From Eubacteriales bacterium (GTDB lineage Bacteria; Bacillota; Clostridia; Oscillospirales; CAG-272): a stretch of 64,000 bases of DNA. A program made the translations under genes and the position numbers. This document shows, piece by piece, positions 1 through 9,182 of the stretch. The stretch covers positions 1,483 to 65,482 of the forward strand of contig JAZRHO010000026.1 in assembly GCA_045644805.1 (NCBI GenBank). Reading direction: 5' to 3'. The notes beneath the pieces are model-generated. The model searched no databases. It saw only the letters and a program-made list of their open reading frames with translations, and was not told the DNA's origin. Position 1 is the stretch's first letter, and every line of letters begins with the position of its first letter.

Positions 1-341
1 AAAATAACAGGCTTTGACAGATTCTCAAGCATAAAGGAAAGAGATGCAGCCGTATATGCCATCGTATCCGTTCCGTGAAGAACAACAAATCCGTCAAATT
101 CATCGTAAAGGTCGGCAATTTTTTTGCCTATTCTGTTCCACTCAGCGACCGCCATATTGGATGAATCAAGCAAGGGGGAGAGCTCATGAAGCTCGTAGCT
201 TGGCATGCCCTCAGCGTGAAGATCGCGAATATCCGCAAGCTTTTTTTCAAGATACCCTTCCTTTGGAATATAACCATGCTCGCTTCGTGTCATTCCGATA
301 GTGCCGCCTGTATGAAGGAGGCATATTCTTTTATTTGCCAT
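1..341 (-). CDS. ansA: L-asparaginase (type I), N-terminal 113 codons; the 3' part lies outside the window
   Basis: Absent from the ORF track because the window edge truncates it. Reverse translation from the ATG at 341-339 gives MANKRICLLHTGGTIGMTRSEHGYIPKEGYLEKKLADIRDLH...VVLHGTDTMAYTAASLSFML. HTGGTIGM and HGTDTM match the two asparaginase active-site signatures. Confidence 0.8.
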   Translation of the reverse strand, partial: MANKRICLLHTGGTIGMTRSEHGYIPKEGYLEKKLADIRDLHAEGMPSYELHELSPLLDSSNMAVAEWNRIGKKIADLYDEFDGFVVLHGTDTMAYTAASLSFMLENLSKPVI

Positions 342-498
342 AATTTCAGCCTTTCAAAGTTCTTACGGTATTATTATATACCTTTTGCCCGCTAAAATCA
401 AGTGGCGGCACAAAGAGGTAAAAATATTTTTTCTCGAAGTGAATATTTTCGCCTATCCGAGTCTAAAATCTACTTAAATAAACGAAAGGACAAATACA

Positions 499-1083
499 AT
501 GAAAAGAACTATTTTACCCGCAATATGTATACTATTGTGTACATTATTTATCGCAATTATCCCCACCGAAGCCGAAGCAGCAATATATAAAGACACTGTC
601 AGACTACATATTTTAGCACCGTCAGACAGTGCCGAAGACCAGGAACTTAAGATTTATATACGAGACAAGGTTTTGGAAAAATATTCCGGCCTTCTTTCCG
701 AAGCGAGCAGCACCGAGGATGCAAAGGCACGCTTATATGCCTCATTAGAGTCAATAAAAAGCGACTGCAAGGCGTGGATTCTTGACACGGGGTGCGACTA
801 CTCGGTTGAAGTAAGCCTTACCGAGGAATGGTACAACACCCGTGAATATGACGATTTTACTCTTCCGGCAGGAAACTATTACTCATTAAAAATAGTCCTA
901 GGAGAGGGGGAAGGTCAAAACTGGTGGTGCGTAATGTACCCGCCTCTATGCCTTGATTGCGCCTTGTCTGACAGTAGCACCGATTTTTCAGAAGAAGAAT
1001 ATAAACTGATAAGCGAAAGCGGTTATAACGTTAAATTCAAATTACTTGAGGTAACAAGCGCCATTCTGAAAAAAGGAAAATAA
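499..1083 (+). CDS. spoIIR: Stage II sporulation protein R (SpoIIR)
   Basis: Signal-peptide-like N-terminus. RLHILAPSDSAEDQELK and NWWCVMYPPLC are the conserved SpoIIR blocks. AAAGGA RBS at 485-490. Confidence 0.85.
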   Translation: MKRTILPAICILLCTLFIAIIPTEAEAAIYKDTVRLHILAPSDSAEDQELKIYIRDKVLEKYSGLLSEASSTEDAKARLYASLESIKSDCKAWILDTGCDYSVEVSLTEEWYNTREYDDFTLPAGNYYSLKIVLGEGEGQNWWCVMYPPLCLDCALSDSSTDFSEEEYKLISESGYNVKFKLLEVTSAILKKGK

Positions 1084-1158
1084 AAAGTTCGCAAAAATCG
1101 GTTGATTTCATAAGAATAATATGGTAAAATGCTTATATAAAATGCTTTGGAGATTAAT

Positions 1159-1638
1159 ATGAGCGATAAAAAATCCGAAAAAATTATTGCCGATAACAGA
1201 AAGGCGCGTCATGATTATTTCGTGATAGAAACCTTTGAGGCAGGAATTGAGCTTTTCGGCACGGAGGTTAAATCACTGCGTGCCGGCGGTGTCAACCTCA
1301 AGGATTCTTACTGCGATATTGACGGCGGAGAGCTTTTCGCCCTCAGCGTACATATAAGCCCCTACGAGCAGGGCAATATTTTTAACAAGGACCCGCTTCG
1401 TCCTAAAAAGCTGCTTATGCACAAACGAGAGATTATGCGTCTTTCGGGTCTTGTATCAAGAGAAGGCTATACACTTGTTCCCCTATCCTTGTATTTCAAG
1501 GGCTCTTACGTGAAAATGGCGCTCGGACTTTGCAAGGGAAAGAAGCTTTACGACAAGCGCGACGATATAGCAAAACGCGACGCGGACAGAATAATAGAGC
1601 GTCGAATGAAGGACAGAGGCGGCAGCTACGACGATTGA
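1159..1638 (+). CDS. smpB: SsrA-binding protein SmpB
   Basis: [32 protein letters not shown] and the basic C-terminal tail are typical SmpB. The ATG at 1159 with GGAG 6 nt upstream is preferred over the track's TTG at 1147. Confidence 0.95.
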   Translation: MSDKKSEKIIADNRKARHDYFVIETFEAGIELFGTEVKSLRAGGVNLKDSYCDIDGGELFALSVHISPYEQGNIFNKDPLRPKKLLMHKREIMRLSGLVSREGYTLVPLSLYFKGSYVKMALGLCKGKKLYDKRDDIAKRDADRIIERRMKDRGGSYDD

Positions 1639-1647
1639 TATAAAATT

Positions 1648-1692
1648 AAGACCGTTTTGGGAAATTACACCCTAACGGTCTTTATTTTATTT
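1648..1692. terminator. Hairpin between convergent smpB and the P-loop gene (bidirectional terminator candidate)
   Basis: aagaccgtt (1648-1656) pairs perfectly with aacggtctt (1674-1682). The loop is 17 nt, and tattttatttg follows. Confidence 0.55.
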
Positions 1693-2220
1693 GATTTCAA
1701 AATCATCGCCTTCAAGGATAGAGCGGAACAGCTTCGTTATATTCTCCTCAGCTTCATCAAGAGATTTATCATTATCAAAATAATAGTCGTAATAATAATT
1801 CTCCACTCCATCGTCAGCGGCATTTCCGTATGCGTTTTTTCTTTGGCGCTCACCTGCTCTGACGAGAAGCGTTTTCGCATTTCCGTCGGTCGCACGGACA
1901 AATTTAGCTATTTCCTCAGGCTCGCGGATATGAACGAAAAGTATCTGTTCATCAGTAGTAAGAAAATCCTTATACTGAGCGTGCGCCCAATTGGTCGGAA
2001 AATCGTTATAATTTACGCAAAGCGCTTTCAGATCAGCCAAAAATTTGCGCGAACGGTCGTCCTTACTTCCGTCCCAATCAGCCATTCTCGCAAGCTCTTT
2101 TATGGGTGTTATAGTAGATATATTCCTTACGCGGAAATGCTTCGCGGCAAGATCGCACAAGGTATCCTTCCCTACGCCTCCGGCTCCGTTTATTACGACA
2201 GTAAGTTTTTTAGAGTTCAT
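1687..2220 (-). CDS. P-loop NTPase, small nucleotide/dNMP-kinase-like protein
   Basis: Walker A motif INGAGGVGKDT near the N-terminus; 177 aa. The ATG at 2220 with GGAG upstream is preferred over the track start at 2280. The exact family is not recognised. Confidence 0.6.
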   Translation of the reverse strand: MNSKKLTVVINGAGGVGKDTLCDLAAKHFRVRNISTITPIKELARMADWDGSKDDRSRKFLADLKALCVNYNDFPTNWAHAQYKDFLTTDEQILFVHIREPEEIAKFVRATDGNAKTLLVRAGERQRKNAYGNAADDGVENYYYDYYFDNDKSLDEAEENITKLFRSILEGDDFEIK

Positions 2221-2360
2221 TTTTATCTCCAAGCGGTGTGTTTTCTCAAGTATTTTAACACAGTTTGATTTTTTTGTCAATAAGTTCGCGTTTTTCTCTT
2301 TACATTTTGCTTTTTTTATATTATAATATTAATGTATTTTGCTATGAAGAGGTAAAACTT

Positions 2361-3362
2361 ATGGAAAAAAAGCTTTACGGAACTCTTCCCACAGGAGAAG
2401 ATGTCTACCTTTATACTTTGAAAAACGACAAGGCACTCGTCAATATTATGACTCGCGGTGCTACCATTGTAAATTTTGAAACCTTTGGTATTGATATTGT
2501 AGGAGGCTTTGATAATCTCGATACATATCTCGAGGATACTTCCCACCAGGGCGCTATCATAGGAAGAGTTGCAAACAGAGTTGCAGATGCCAAATTTGAA
2601 ATGGACGGAAAGATTTATAATCTTCCGAAGAACGACAACGGTAACTGTTTGCACGGCGGCGACGGTTTCGACCACAAGGTTTGGAGCGTTACCGATTATT
2701 CCGACACGTCAATAACTCTTGAATATTACTCAAAGGACGGCGAAGAGGGCTTTCCCGCAAATCTCGCGGTTAAAGTAACCTATAAGCTCGACGGAGCTTC
2801 GCTCCTCATCGATTATGAAGCTCGTCCCGACGGCAAAACGCCTGTAGCGCTTACAAACCATGCGTACTTTAACCTTGACGGATTCGGCGGAACTATCGAA
2901 GAGCACGTTGCTGTTATTTATGCGGACAAATATACGGAAGTCAATGAAAAGCTCATTCCCAACGGTGAGCGTCCGAGCGTTGAAGGAACACCTTTCGACT
3001 TCAAGACTCCCCACACCATCGGTGAGCGTTGCGGCAAGGACTTTGTAGGATATGACCACAACTTTATTCTTTCACCCGAAAAGAGTGAGGTTGTATTTGG
3101 CAAAAAGCTCGATCTTATAGCAGACGTTAAGGGTAAGAAGCTCGGAATGAAGGTTTATACCGACCAGCCCGGAGTTCAGTTCTATATCGGTAATTTCCTT
3201 GGAAACGGTCCTGCATTCAGAAACAATACAGCTCAAGTCTTCCACGGCGCTTTCTGCCTTGAGACTCAGACCGAGCCTGACTGCATCAATCACGGAATCG
3301 CATTCTACAATGCCGGTGACGTATATACCCATTCCACCGTTTATGCGGTAGAAGAGCTTTGA
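2361..3362 (+). CDS. galM: Aldose 1-epimerase (galactose mutarotase)
   Basis: GRVANRVADAKF, HGGDGFDHKVWSV, TNHAYFNLDG and FCLETQTEPD blocks. The ATG at 2361 is preceded by GAGG. Confidence 0.9.
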   Translation: MEKKLYGTLPTGEDVYLYTLKNDKALVNIMTRGATIVNFETFGIDIVGGFDNLDTYLEDTSHQGAIIGRVANRVADAKFEMDGKIYNLPKNDNGNCLHGGDGFDHKVWSVTDYSDTSITLEYYSKDGEEGFPANLAVKVTYKLDGASLLIDYEARPDGKTPVALTNHAYFNLDGFGGTIEEHVAVIYADKYTEVNEKLIPNGERPSVEGTPFDFKTPHTIGERCGKDFVGYDHNFILSPEKSEVVFGKKLDLIADVKGKKLGMKVYTDQPGVQFYIGNFLGNGPAFRNNTAQVFHGAFCLETQTEPDCINHGIAFYNAGDVYTHSTVYAVEEL

Positions 3363-4129
3363 TAGGCTTAAGATTTCTCGGCACCGGTGGTCTCGGTATA
3401 AGACCGCGAAATAAATTTTCACGTGATTACAGAAGATTTTCCACACTTCTTGTCGATGAGCATATAATTATCGACCCATCAGAGGATATTTTCGAGTTTG
3501 AGGAAAGCTTTATGCTCTCAGGAATGCTCCGCGAGGTAAAGGAAGCGTTTATAACACATTCGCATCTTGACCATTTCAGCGTGAGCGCAATCGAAAAGCT
3601 GGCAAAGTCCGGCAATCTTCGGGTTTACGCAACAGAGGCTTTAAAGGAAGAGCTCTCTTCTGTTCGCGGGATAGAGCTGGTATTGCTTATTCCCTTCTCG
3701 CTCGTTCGCATAGGAAAGTATAGTATTCTTCCGCTTCCGGCAAACCACAAAACGGATATTAAGACCGAAACCGCACTCAACTTCCTCATAGAGTGCGAGG
3801 GAAAGACAGTATTCTACGGAATCGACGGCTCGTTTATAAATCCCGAAGCATGGCATATCCTTAAGGAAATAAAGCTTGATGCAGTTATTCTCGACTGCGC
3901 TCTCGCTAATGACGGATATTCCCAAGCCTCGGTCAATCATAATAATCTTGCGGCAGCAATAGCTGTAAAGGATGTTTTCCTTTCGGCAAATGTCGCAGGA
4001 GAAAACACAAAATTTATATTATCACATATTCCAACAAGCAAAAAGCACTCGATACACGATGAGTTATCGGAGGCAGTGGCGGATATGCCATTCAAAATTG
4101 CTTATGACGGTTATTTTATAGGCATATGA
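3359..4129 (+). CDS. MBL-fold metallo-hydrolase
   Basis: LRFLGTGG N-terminus and the HSHLDHF (HxHxDH) metal motif. The TTG start overlaps the galM stop. Confidence 0.7.
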   Translation: MIGLRFLGTGGLGIRPRNKFSRDYRRFSTLLVDEHIIIDPSEDIFEFEESFMLSGMLREVKEAFITHSHLDHFSVSAIEKLAKSGNLRVYATEALKEELSSVRGIELVLLIPFSLVRIGKYSILPLPANHKTDIKTETALNFLIECEGKTVFYGIDGSFINPEAWHILKEIKLDAVILDCALANDGYSQASVNHNNLAAAIAVKDVFLSANVAGENTKFILSHIPTSKKHSIHDELSEAVADMPFKIAYDGYFIGI

Positions 4130-4151
4130 TGCCTTAAAGGAAAGGACATTT

Positions 4152-5372
4152 ATGAAAATTTACGACGAACTCGTTGCAAGAGGACTTATAGCTCAGGTAA
4201 CCAACGAGGATGAAATTAAAAACATGATAAACGAAGGAAAAGCAACCTTCTACATCGGCTTTGACTGCACTGCGGACAGCCTTACGGCAGGTCACTTTAT
4301 GGCACTTACCCTTATGAAGCGCTTGCAGATGGCAGGTAACAAGCCCATTGCTCTTATCGGCGGCGGAACTACTATGATAGGAGACCCCTCCGGACGCAGC
4401 GATATGAGAAAAATGCTCACAAAGGAAGATATAGATCATAACGCTGAGTGCTTCAAGCGCCAGATGGAAAAATTCATAGAGTTCGGCGACGGCAAGGCGC
4501 AGATGCTCAACAATGCAGACTGGTTGCTTAACCTTAATTACGTTGATTTGCTTCGCGAGGTCGGTGCATGCTTCTCGGTTAACCGTATGCTCAGCGCAGA
4601 GTGCTACAAGCAGCGAATGGAAAAGGGACTTTCATTCCTTGAATTTAATTACATGATAATGCAGTCATACGACTTCTATCATCTCTTCCGCGAGTACGGA
4701 TGCAATATGCAGTTCGGCGGTGATGATCAGTGGTCTAATATGCTTGGCGGTACCGAGCTTATCAGACGTAAGCTTGGCAAAGATGCTCATGCTATGACTA
4801 TCACTCTTCTGACAGACAGTCAGGGCAAGAAGATGGGTAAAACCGCAGGAAATGCAGTATGGCTTGATCCCAACAAGACTTCACCTTACGACTTCTATCA
4901 GTACTGGAGAAACGTCGGAGACAGCGATGTGCTTAAATGCATAAGAATGCTCACCTTCCTTCCTATTGAGGAGATAGACAAAATGGATTCTTGGGAAGGC
5001 GCTCAGCTCAATACCGCAAAGGAAATTCTCGCTTACGAGCTTACTAAGCTTGTTCACGGTGAGGATGAGGCTGAAAAGGCAAAGGCGGCATCGAAGGCTC
5101 TCTTCACCGCAGGTGACAGTGCGCTTACTCCCTCTGTTGAGGTTGAAAAGGCTGCTCTCACCGATGGTTCTATTGACGTAATTTCTCTTATTGTTCTCGG
5201 AAAGATGGTTCCTTCTCGCTCAGAAGGCAGACGCGCGATTGAACAGGGCGGTGTTACGGTAAATGGTGAAAAGGTAACAGATATAAAGGCAACCGTTACA
5301 GAGGCTCAGCTTGCAGAAGGTGTTCTCATAAAACGAGGCAAAAAGAGCTTTAACAAATTTATATTGAAATAA
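4152..5372 (+). CDS. tyrS: Tyrosine--tRNA ligase
   Basis: Class I signatures (TAGH in the HIGH position, KMGKT in the KMSKS position), GGDDQW, and a C-terminal S4 domain (SRSEGRRAIEQGGVTVNGEKV). Confidence 0.95.
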   Translation: MKIYDELVARGLIAQVTNEDEIKNMINEGKATFYIGFDCTADSLTAGHFMALTLMKRLQMAGNKPIALIGGGTTMIGDPSGRSDMRKMLTKEDIDHNAECFKRQMEKFIEFGDGKAQMLNNADWLLNLNYVDLLREVGACFSVNRMLSAECYKQRMEKGLSFLEFNYMIMQSYDFYHLFREYGCNMQFGGDDQWSNMLGGTELIRRKLGKDAHAMTITLLTDSQGKKMGKTAGNAVWLDPNKTSPYDFYQYWRNVGDSDVLKCIRMLTFLPIEEIDKMDSWEGAQLNTAKEILAYELTKLVHGEDEAEKAKAASKALFTAGDSALTPSVEVEKAALTDGSIDVISLIVLGKMVPSRSEGRRAIEQGGVTVNGEKVTDIKATVTEAQLAEGVLIKRGKKSFNKFILK

Positions 5373-5389
5373 TTTTCAAAAGCAAAAAG

Positions 5390-5441
5390 CACGCAGAATA
5401 AACCAAGATTATTTAAAATCAGGTTAATTCTACGTGTTTTT
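5390..5441 (+). terminator. Weak terminator candidate after tyrS
   Basis: cacgcagaat (5390-5399) pairs with attctacgtg (5427-5436) with 1 mismatch, then ttttt. The 27-nt loop is long, so confidence is low. Confidence 0.35.
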
Positions 5442-5460
5442 ATAACTTTTGTTTACATTA

Positions 5461-6798
5461 TTATTCTTTTGCAACGATACAGTGCTCAACTCCGTAATAT
5501 TTGCAAGCCTCTATTACGCTATCGTTAATCCGTTCTCCTGCAACTATGAGTGATACTGCCGGAGGACAGGTTATGTTAGATCCTGCAAACACTCTGCCAA
5601 GAGCTTTTGAAAGAGCTACTGTTTCTTTTTTTGCAAAAATTGCTTCTCTTGGGGTCATACAAATTTCCGGCGGAGCAATAATTGGCACTAAAATCGACAC
5701 GGGTTCGCGCTTTTCCACTTGCGAAAGCGCTTTTTTTATTGCAAGAGAGGCTTCATCCGCATTTTCTGCGGAAAACATCAATACAACGAAATCGGGATCG
5801 GCAAATTCGCATATTATCCCCTCTTTTTTAAGGTGCTGCGCAAGCTCATATCCGCTATAACCAACGGATCTCGTTTTTACGGAGAGCTTCATTTTTTCAT
5901 TTCCGAAAAGTTCAAAGCCTGCCGATATAAGATTACGCTTTAAGCCGTCAATAATCTTTGATGCGCAAGCGAGCTTTTGTTTATAGCCGTCGGACAAATA
6001 CAAATTCGCATTATCAAGAGATTCAAGTATCAAGTATGACGGGCTGGTAGAGCCAAACAATGCTAAAGCATCTTTTGCATTTTGAGCTAATAAATCGGGG
6101 GCATTTTTAGATATATGCAAATAACTGCCGCCAGTTAATACAGGCAAAGTTTTGTGCGCGGAATCACAGCACATATCAGCGCCAAGATCAATAGGATGCT
6201 CTGATTTTTCAAGGAATTTCAGATATGCGCCGTGAGCGTTATCAACAAGCAATAATATCGAATACTTACGGCAAACGGCTGCAACAGATTCAACATCAGA
6301 GATATTGCCCAGATAATCAGGCGATGTAAGATAAACCGCAAAAGGCTTTTTTTCTCTATCCGAAATTATTTTTTCAAGACGCTCTCCGTTTAGCGAGCAT
6401 GAAAGATAGGATTCTTCACTTTCCGGATATATCCACTCAATATCAAACCCTATAAGAGCAGATGCGCTGAGAAAAGACGAGTGAGCATTTCTGCCGGCAA
6501 GAATATATCCGCCATCCTCACCGGAATAGAGCTTCGCAAGATAGAGCATCGCTCTTATCGAAAGCGATGAACCTTCGCAAGAATAAAAAGTTGCCCCGGT
6601 ACCAAAGAGTTCAGATGCATTTTGCTCGCTCTCTTTTATGATACCGTTAGCATGATACAAGCTATCCGCACCATCAATCTCGGTTATATCATGCCTCTCA
6701 ATTCCTAGGAAATCTTTACCCTTATGACCGGGCATATGTAATCTGAAAGCAGAGCTTTCCGCGTATTTTTTAATAAAGTCACTTATAGGAGTTTTCAT
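5461..6798 (-). CDS. Orn/Lys/Arg decarboxylase-family PLP enzyme (YaaO-like)
   Basis: HMPGHKGK N-terminal block and SAHKTLPVLTGGS (PLP-lysine region). The start ATG shares one base with the scfB stop (TAATG). Confidence 0.85.
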   Translation of the reverse strand: MKTPISDFIKKYAESSAFRLHMPGHKGKDFLGIERHDITEIDGADSLYHANGIIKESEQNASELFGTGATFYSCEGSSLSIRAMLYLAKLYSGEDGGYILAGRNAHSSFLSASALIGFDIEWIYPESEESYLSCSLNGERLEKIISDREKKPFAVYLTSPDYLGNISDVESVAAVCRKYSILLLVDNAHGAYLKFLEKSEHPIDLGADMCCDSAHKTLPVLTGGSYLHISKNAPDLLAQNAKDALALFGSTSPSYLILESLDNANLYLSDGYKQKLACASKIIDGLKRNLISAGFELFGNEKMKLSVKTRSVGYSGYELAQHLKKEGIICEFADPDFVVLMFSAENADEASLAIKKALSQVEKREPVSILVPIIAPPEICMTPREAIFAKKETVALSKALGRVFAGSNITCPPAVSLIVAGERINDSVIEACKYYGVEHCIVAKE

Positions 6799-8168
6799 TA
6801 TTCTTCAAGAGCTTTGGCAACAGCGACCATTATAGCACATTCCATTCTCTTACGGAAAAGACGGCATCCGTATTCGTAAACCCCTTTTACTGAGCCCGTT
6901 GCGTGATATGCATTTGCAGCGCATCCACCGGAGCAATAAAGCTTAGCCCAGCAGTCCTTACAATCGGGACGGGCATATACATTACATGACGCAAACTCGC
7001 ACTGCGCCTCTTTGTTGGTCACACCGTCATATATATTGCCGAGCTTATACTTTTCCTCTCCGACAAATTGATGACAGGGATACAGGTCACCCCACGGCGT
7101 TACCGCCATATACTCGGTACCCGAACCGCATCCGGAAATTCTTTTGTAAATACACGGACCGCCGAAGAGGTCTATCATATAGTGGTAGAAAGTAAAGTCA
7201 TTTCCTTCCTTATGCTTATCAAGCATAAGCTTTGCCAGCTCTTCATACTGCTTGCAAACTATGGGAAAATCCTCTTCAGTCAACTCCTCCTTATCGCCTT
7301 TGGCGCAAACGACCGGCTCCATGCTGAGTTCATTAAAGCCAAGCTCAAGCATTGCCTTAATATCCTCAAGAAAATCGGGATTTGCGTGAGTAAAAGTACC
7401 TCTCATATAGTAATCCTTACCCTCGCGCGCTTCCACAAGCTTTTGGAACTTAGGCACTATTTTTTCAAAGCTTCCCTTACCTTGATAATCGACTCTGTAT
7501 CTGTCATGAATTTCTTTTCTACCATCCAGACTCAAAACAACATTGCTCATTTCACGGTTGGCAAAGTCTATAACGTCATCGTCTATAAGCACACCGTTCG
7601 TCGTAAGAGTGAAACGGAAATTCTTGTTGCGCTTCTTTTCTATTTCTCTGGCATAGGCAACAAGATCTTTAATCATATCGAAATTCATAAGCGGTTCGCC
7701 GCCAAAGAAATCGACTTCAAGATTCTTTCGTTTTCCTGAATTTTCAACAAGAAAATCAAGTGCTCTTTTTCCTACATCCAGCGACATGATAGCGCGTTCA
7801 CCGTGATATTTTCCTTGGCTTGCGAAGCAATAAGAGCAGTTGAGATTGCAGGTATGGGCAACGTGCAGACAAAGAGCCTTGATAACACCGGACGTTTTTT
7901 CCTTCAACTTGTCCGCCATCGGCTCAAAGGTATCGGGAGTAAATAGGCTTCCCTGCTCCTTTAGCGAAAGAACCTGATCATAGCAGGCTTCAACATCGCT
8001 TTTTTCAATGCTTTCATATTTTTCACAAATACGCGATATTACTTCATCGCGACTATTATTTTCAAAAATCTCAATTATGTCATATGCGACCTCGTCAACA
8101 GCATGAACCGAGCCAGAGCAAATATCAAGTACTATATTATATCCGTTAAGTTTATATTGATGCACCAT
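6798..8168 (-). CDS. scfB: SCIFF peptide maturase, radical SAM/SPASM thioether-forming enzyme
   Basis: CNLNCSYCF radical SAM cluster motif. C-terminal SPASM cysteines (CGSGTEYMAVTPWGDLYPCH, CKDCWAKLYCSGGCAANA). Lies directly downstream of a SCIFF precursor. Confidence 0.9.
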   Translation of the reverse strand: MVHQYKLNGYNIVLDICSGSVHAVDEVAYDIIEIFENNSRDEVISRICEKYESIEKSDVEACYDQVLSLKEQGSLFTPDTFEPMADKLKEKTSGVIKALCLHVAHTCNLNCSYCFASQGKYHGERAIMSLDVGKRALDFLVENSGKRKNLEVDFFGGEPLMNFDMIKDLVAYAREIEKKRNKNFRFTLTTNGVLIDDDVIDFANREMSNVVLSLDGRKEIHDRYRVDYQGKGSFEKIVPKFQKLVEAREGKDYYMRGTFTHANPDFLEDIKAMLELGFNELSMEPVVCAKGDKEELTEEDFPIVCKQYEELAKLMLDKHKEGNDFTFYHYMIDLFGGPCIYKRISGCGSGTEYMAVTPWGDLYPCHQFVGEEKYKLGNIYDGVTNKEAQCEFASCNVYARPDCKDCWAKLYCSGGCAANAYHATGSVKGVYEYGCRLFRKRMECAIMVAVAKALEE

Positions 8169-8206
8169 TTATTTATATCCTTAGTATTTTTATCATTCAC
8201 CTCAAA

Positions 8207-8241
8207 GGAGCCGTCTCAAAATTCACCTTTGAGACGGCTCC
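8207..8241 (-). terminator. Intercistronic 14-bp perfect hairpin between scfA and scfB (partial terminator/attenuator candidate)
   Basis: ggagccgtctcaaa (8207-8220) and tttgagacggctcc (8228-8241) are perfect complements with a 7-nt loop. On the minus strand the hairpin is followed by TTTGAGG, which is only weakly U-rich. Confidence 0.5.
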
Positions 8242-8262
8242 CCTGCAATTTATGCGCGTGGA

Positions 8263-8412
8263 TTACTTTCTATCCTTATTCTCGCACTTCTGGTTAGCGA
8301 TGCCGCAGCTGGTTTTGCAAGCGGACTGGCAAGAAGTCTGGCACTCACCGCAACCGCCGTTCTTTGCGCTCTCGCAAAGATTTCCGGTCTTAAGAGTTTT
8401 AATGTGTTCCAT
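8263..8412 (-). CDS. scfA: SCIFF (six-cysteines-in-forty-five) ribosomal peptide precursor
   Basis: MEHIKTLKTGNLCESAKNGGCGECQTSCQSACKTSCGIANQKCENKDRK contains the invariant GGCGECQTSCQSACKTSC core. The ATG at 8412 has GGAGG 8 nt upstream. The track's longer ORF (to 8457) adds a non-conserved N-terminus. Confidence 0.9.
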   Translation of the reverse strand: MEHIKTLKTGNLCESAKNGGCGECQTSCQSACKTSCGIANQKCENKDRK

Positions 8413-8447
8413 ATTAAAAACCTCCGATAGTCTGTTAAGATAGGAGT

Positions 8448-8476
8448 AGTATATCACAATTTCATTTTAAAGTCAA
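8448..8476 (-). promoter_or_regulatory. Sigma-A type promoter for scfA-scfB
   Basis: On the minus strand: TTGACT, 17 nt, TATACT, with a TG at the extended -10 position (tgtgaTATACT). Confidence 0.6.
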
Positions 8477-8527
8477 TATAAACAAACAAAAAAACATATA
8501 AATAATCAATAAAATTGTGTTTTACTT

Positions 8528-8752
8528 TTATAAAACAACCACCGACTTCACATTATAATAATCATATATGCTTACGCTGTTTCCTTGGGGAACTCCTGCC
8601 ATAAACATTGAAGCGAAGCAATACATAAGTCCATCGTCGTGAGAAACAGCGTTTCCCTTACCGAAAGCATCTGCTTCTTCTTTTGTATCAAAAACTCCCA
8701 TTATAGTTTCATCATCACCCTTCAAGAGCGCTACTGCATATTTGAACTCCAT
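8528..8752 (-). CDS. Small hypothetical protein (74 aa)
   Basis: AAGGAG RBS 8 nt upstream of the ATG. Acidic, soluble-looking sequence. No family recognised. Confidence 0.55.
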   Translation of the reverse strand: MEFKYAVALLKGDDETIMGVFDTKEEADAFGKGNAVSHDDGLMYCFASMFMAGVPQGNSVSIYDYYNVKSVVVL

Positions 8753-8955
8753 TTTTATTCTCCTTCTTTTACTTAGATTTTGGTGTTTTTCTTCTCTGTG
8801 ATTACATTATAGCGTATTAGGTGTACATTAAATCGGACATCTTTTTTTATTTTTTTCGATTTTTTGATATTTTTCTTTTCAACATCAGCATATTTCTAAA
8901 TTTGTTTAAAAAAATAATTCACCAAACAATTTATAAAGTTTTTTCATAAAATCTA

Positions 8956-8984
8956 TTGACAAAGCGCAACGAATGTGATATTAT
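8956..8984 (+). promoter_or_regulatory. Sigma-A promoter for tRNA-Lys
   Basis: TTGACA (8956-8961), 17 nt, TATTAT (8979-8984), with an extended -10 TG (tgtgaTATTAT). About 36 nt upstream of the tRNA 5' end. Confidence 0.65.
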
Positions 8985-9020
8985 ATTTAAGCGCGTTGAG
9001 AAACGAGCGTTTTGGCGTAT

Positions 9021-9096
9021 GCCCCTGTAGCTCAGCTGGTAGAGCACTTGACTTTTAATCAAGGTGTCCGGAGTTCGATTCTCCGCAGGAGCACCA
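9021..9096 (+). tRNA. tRNA-Lys (anticodon UUU), CCA encoded
   Basis: Manual cloverleaf: gcccctg|ta|gctc|agctggta|gagc|a|cttga|cTTTTaa|tcaag|gtgtc|cggag|ttcgatt|ctccg|caggagc|a|cca. Total 76 nt, with one C-A mismatch at position 3:70. Confidence 0.92.
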
Positions 9097-9102
9097 AAAA
9101 AA

Positions 9103-9133
9103 AGAAGCACCCTATGTGGGTGCTTCTTTTTTT
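9103..9133 (+). terminator. Rho-independent terminator of tRNA-Lys
   Basis: agaagcaccc / gggtgcttct is a 10-bp perfect stem with loop tatgt, followed by T7 and preceded by an A-run. Confidence 0.8.
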
Positions 9134-9182
9134 GCGCTTTTGCGCTGAACGGACTTCGTCGTTCAATCTTGAGCGATGGAGT
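9108..9182 (+). repeat. Direct repeat copy 1 (75 nt). Starts inside the tRNA terminator
   Basis: caccctatgtgggtgcttctttttttgcgcttttgcgctgaacggacttcgtcgttcaatcttgagcgatggagt. By eye it is about 93 percent identical to 9300-9376. Confidence 0.85.

Noticed and set aside
342-498. A sigma-F/sigma-G type forespore promoter upstream of spoIIR.
   Set aside because: It would be expected from Bacillus biology, but I could not find a convincing -35/-10 pair by eye, so it is not reported as a feature.
8528-8752. The small 74-aa and 96-aa (10819-11109) proteins as RiPP precursors.
   Set aside because: Neither has a Cys/Ser/Thr-rich core or a leader-like N-terminus. They look like small globular proteins and are mentioned only as remote candidates under the PqqD finding.
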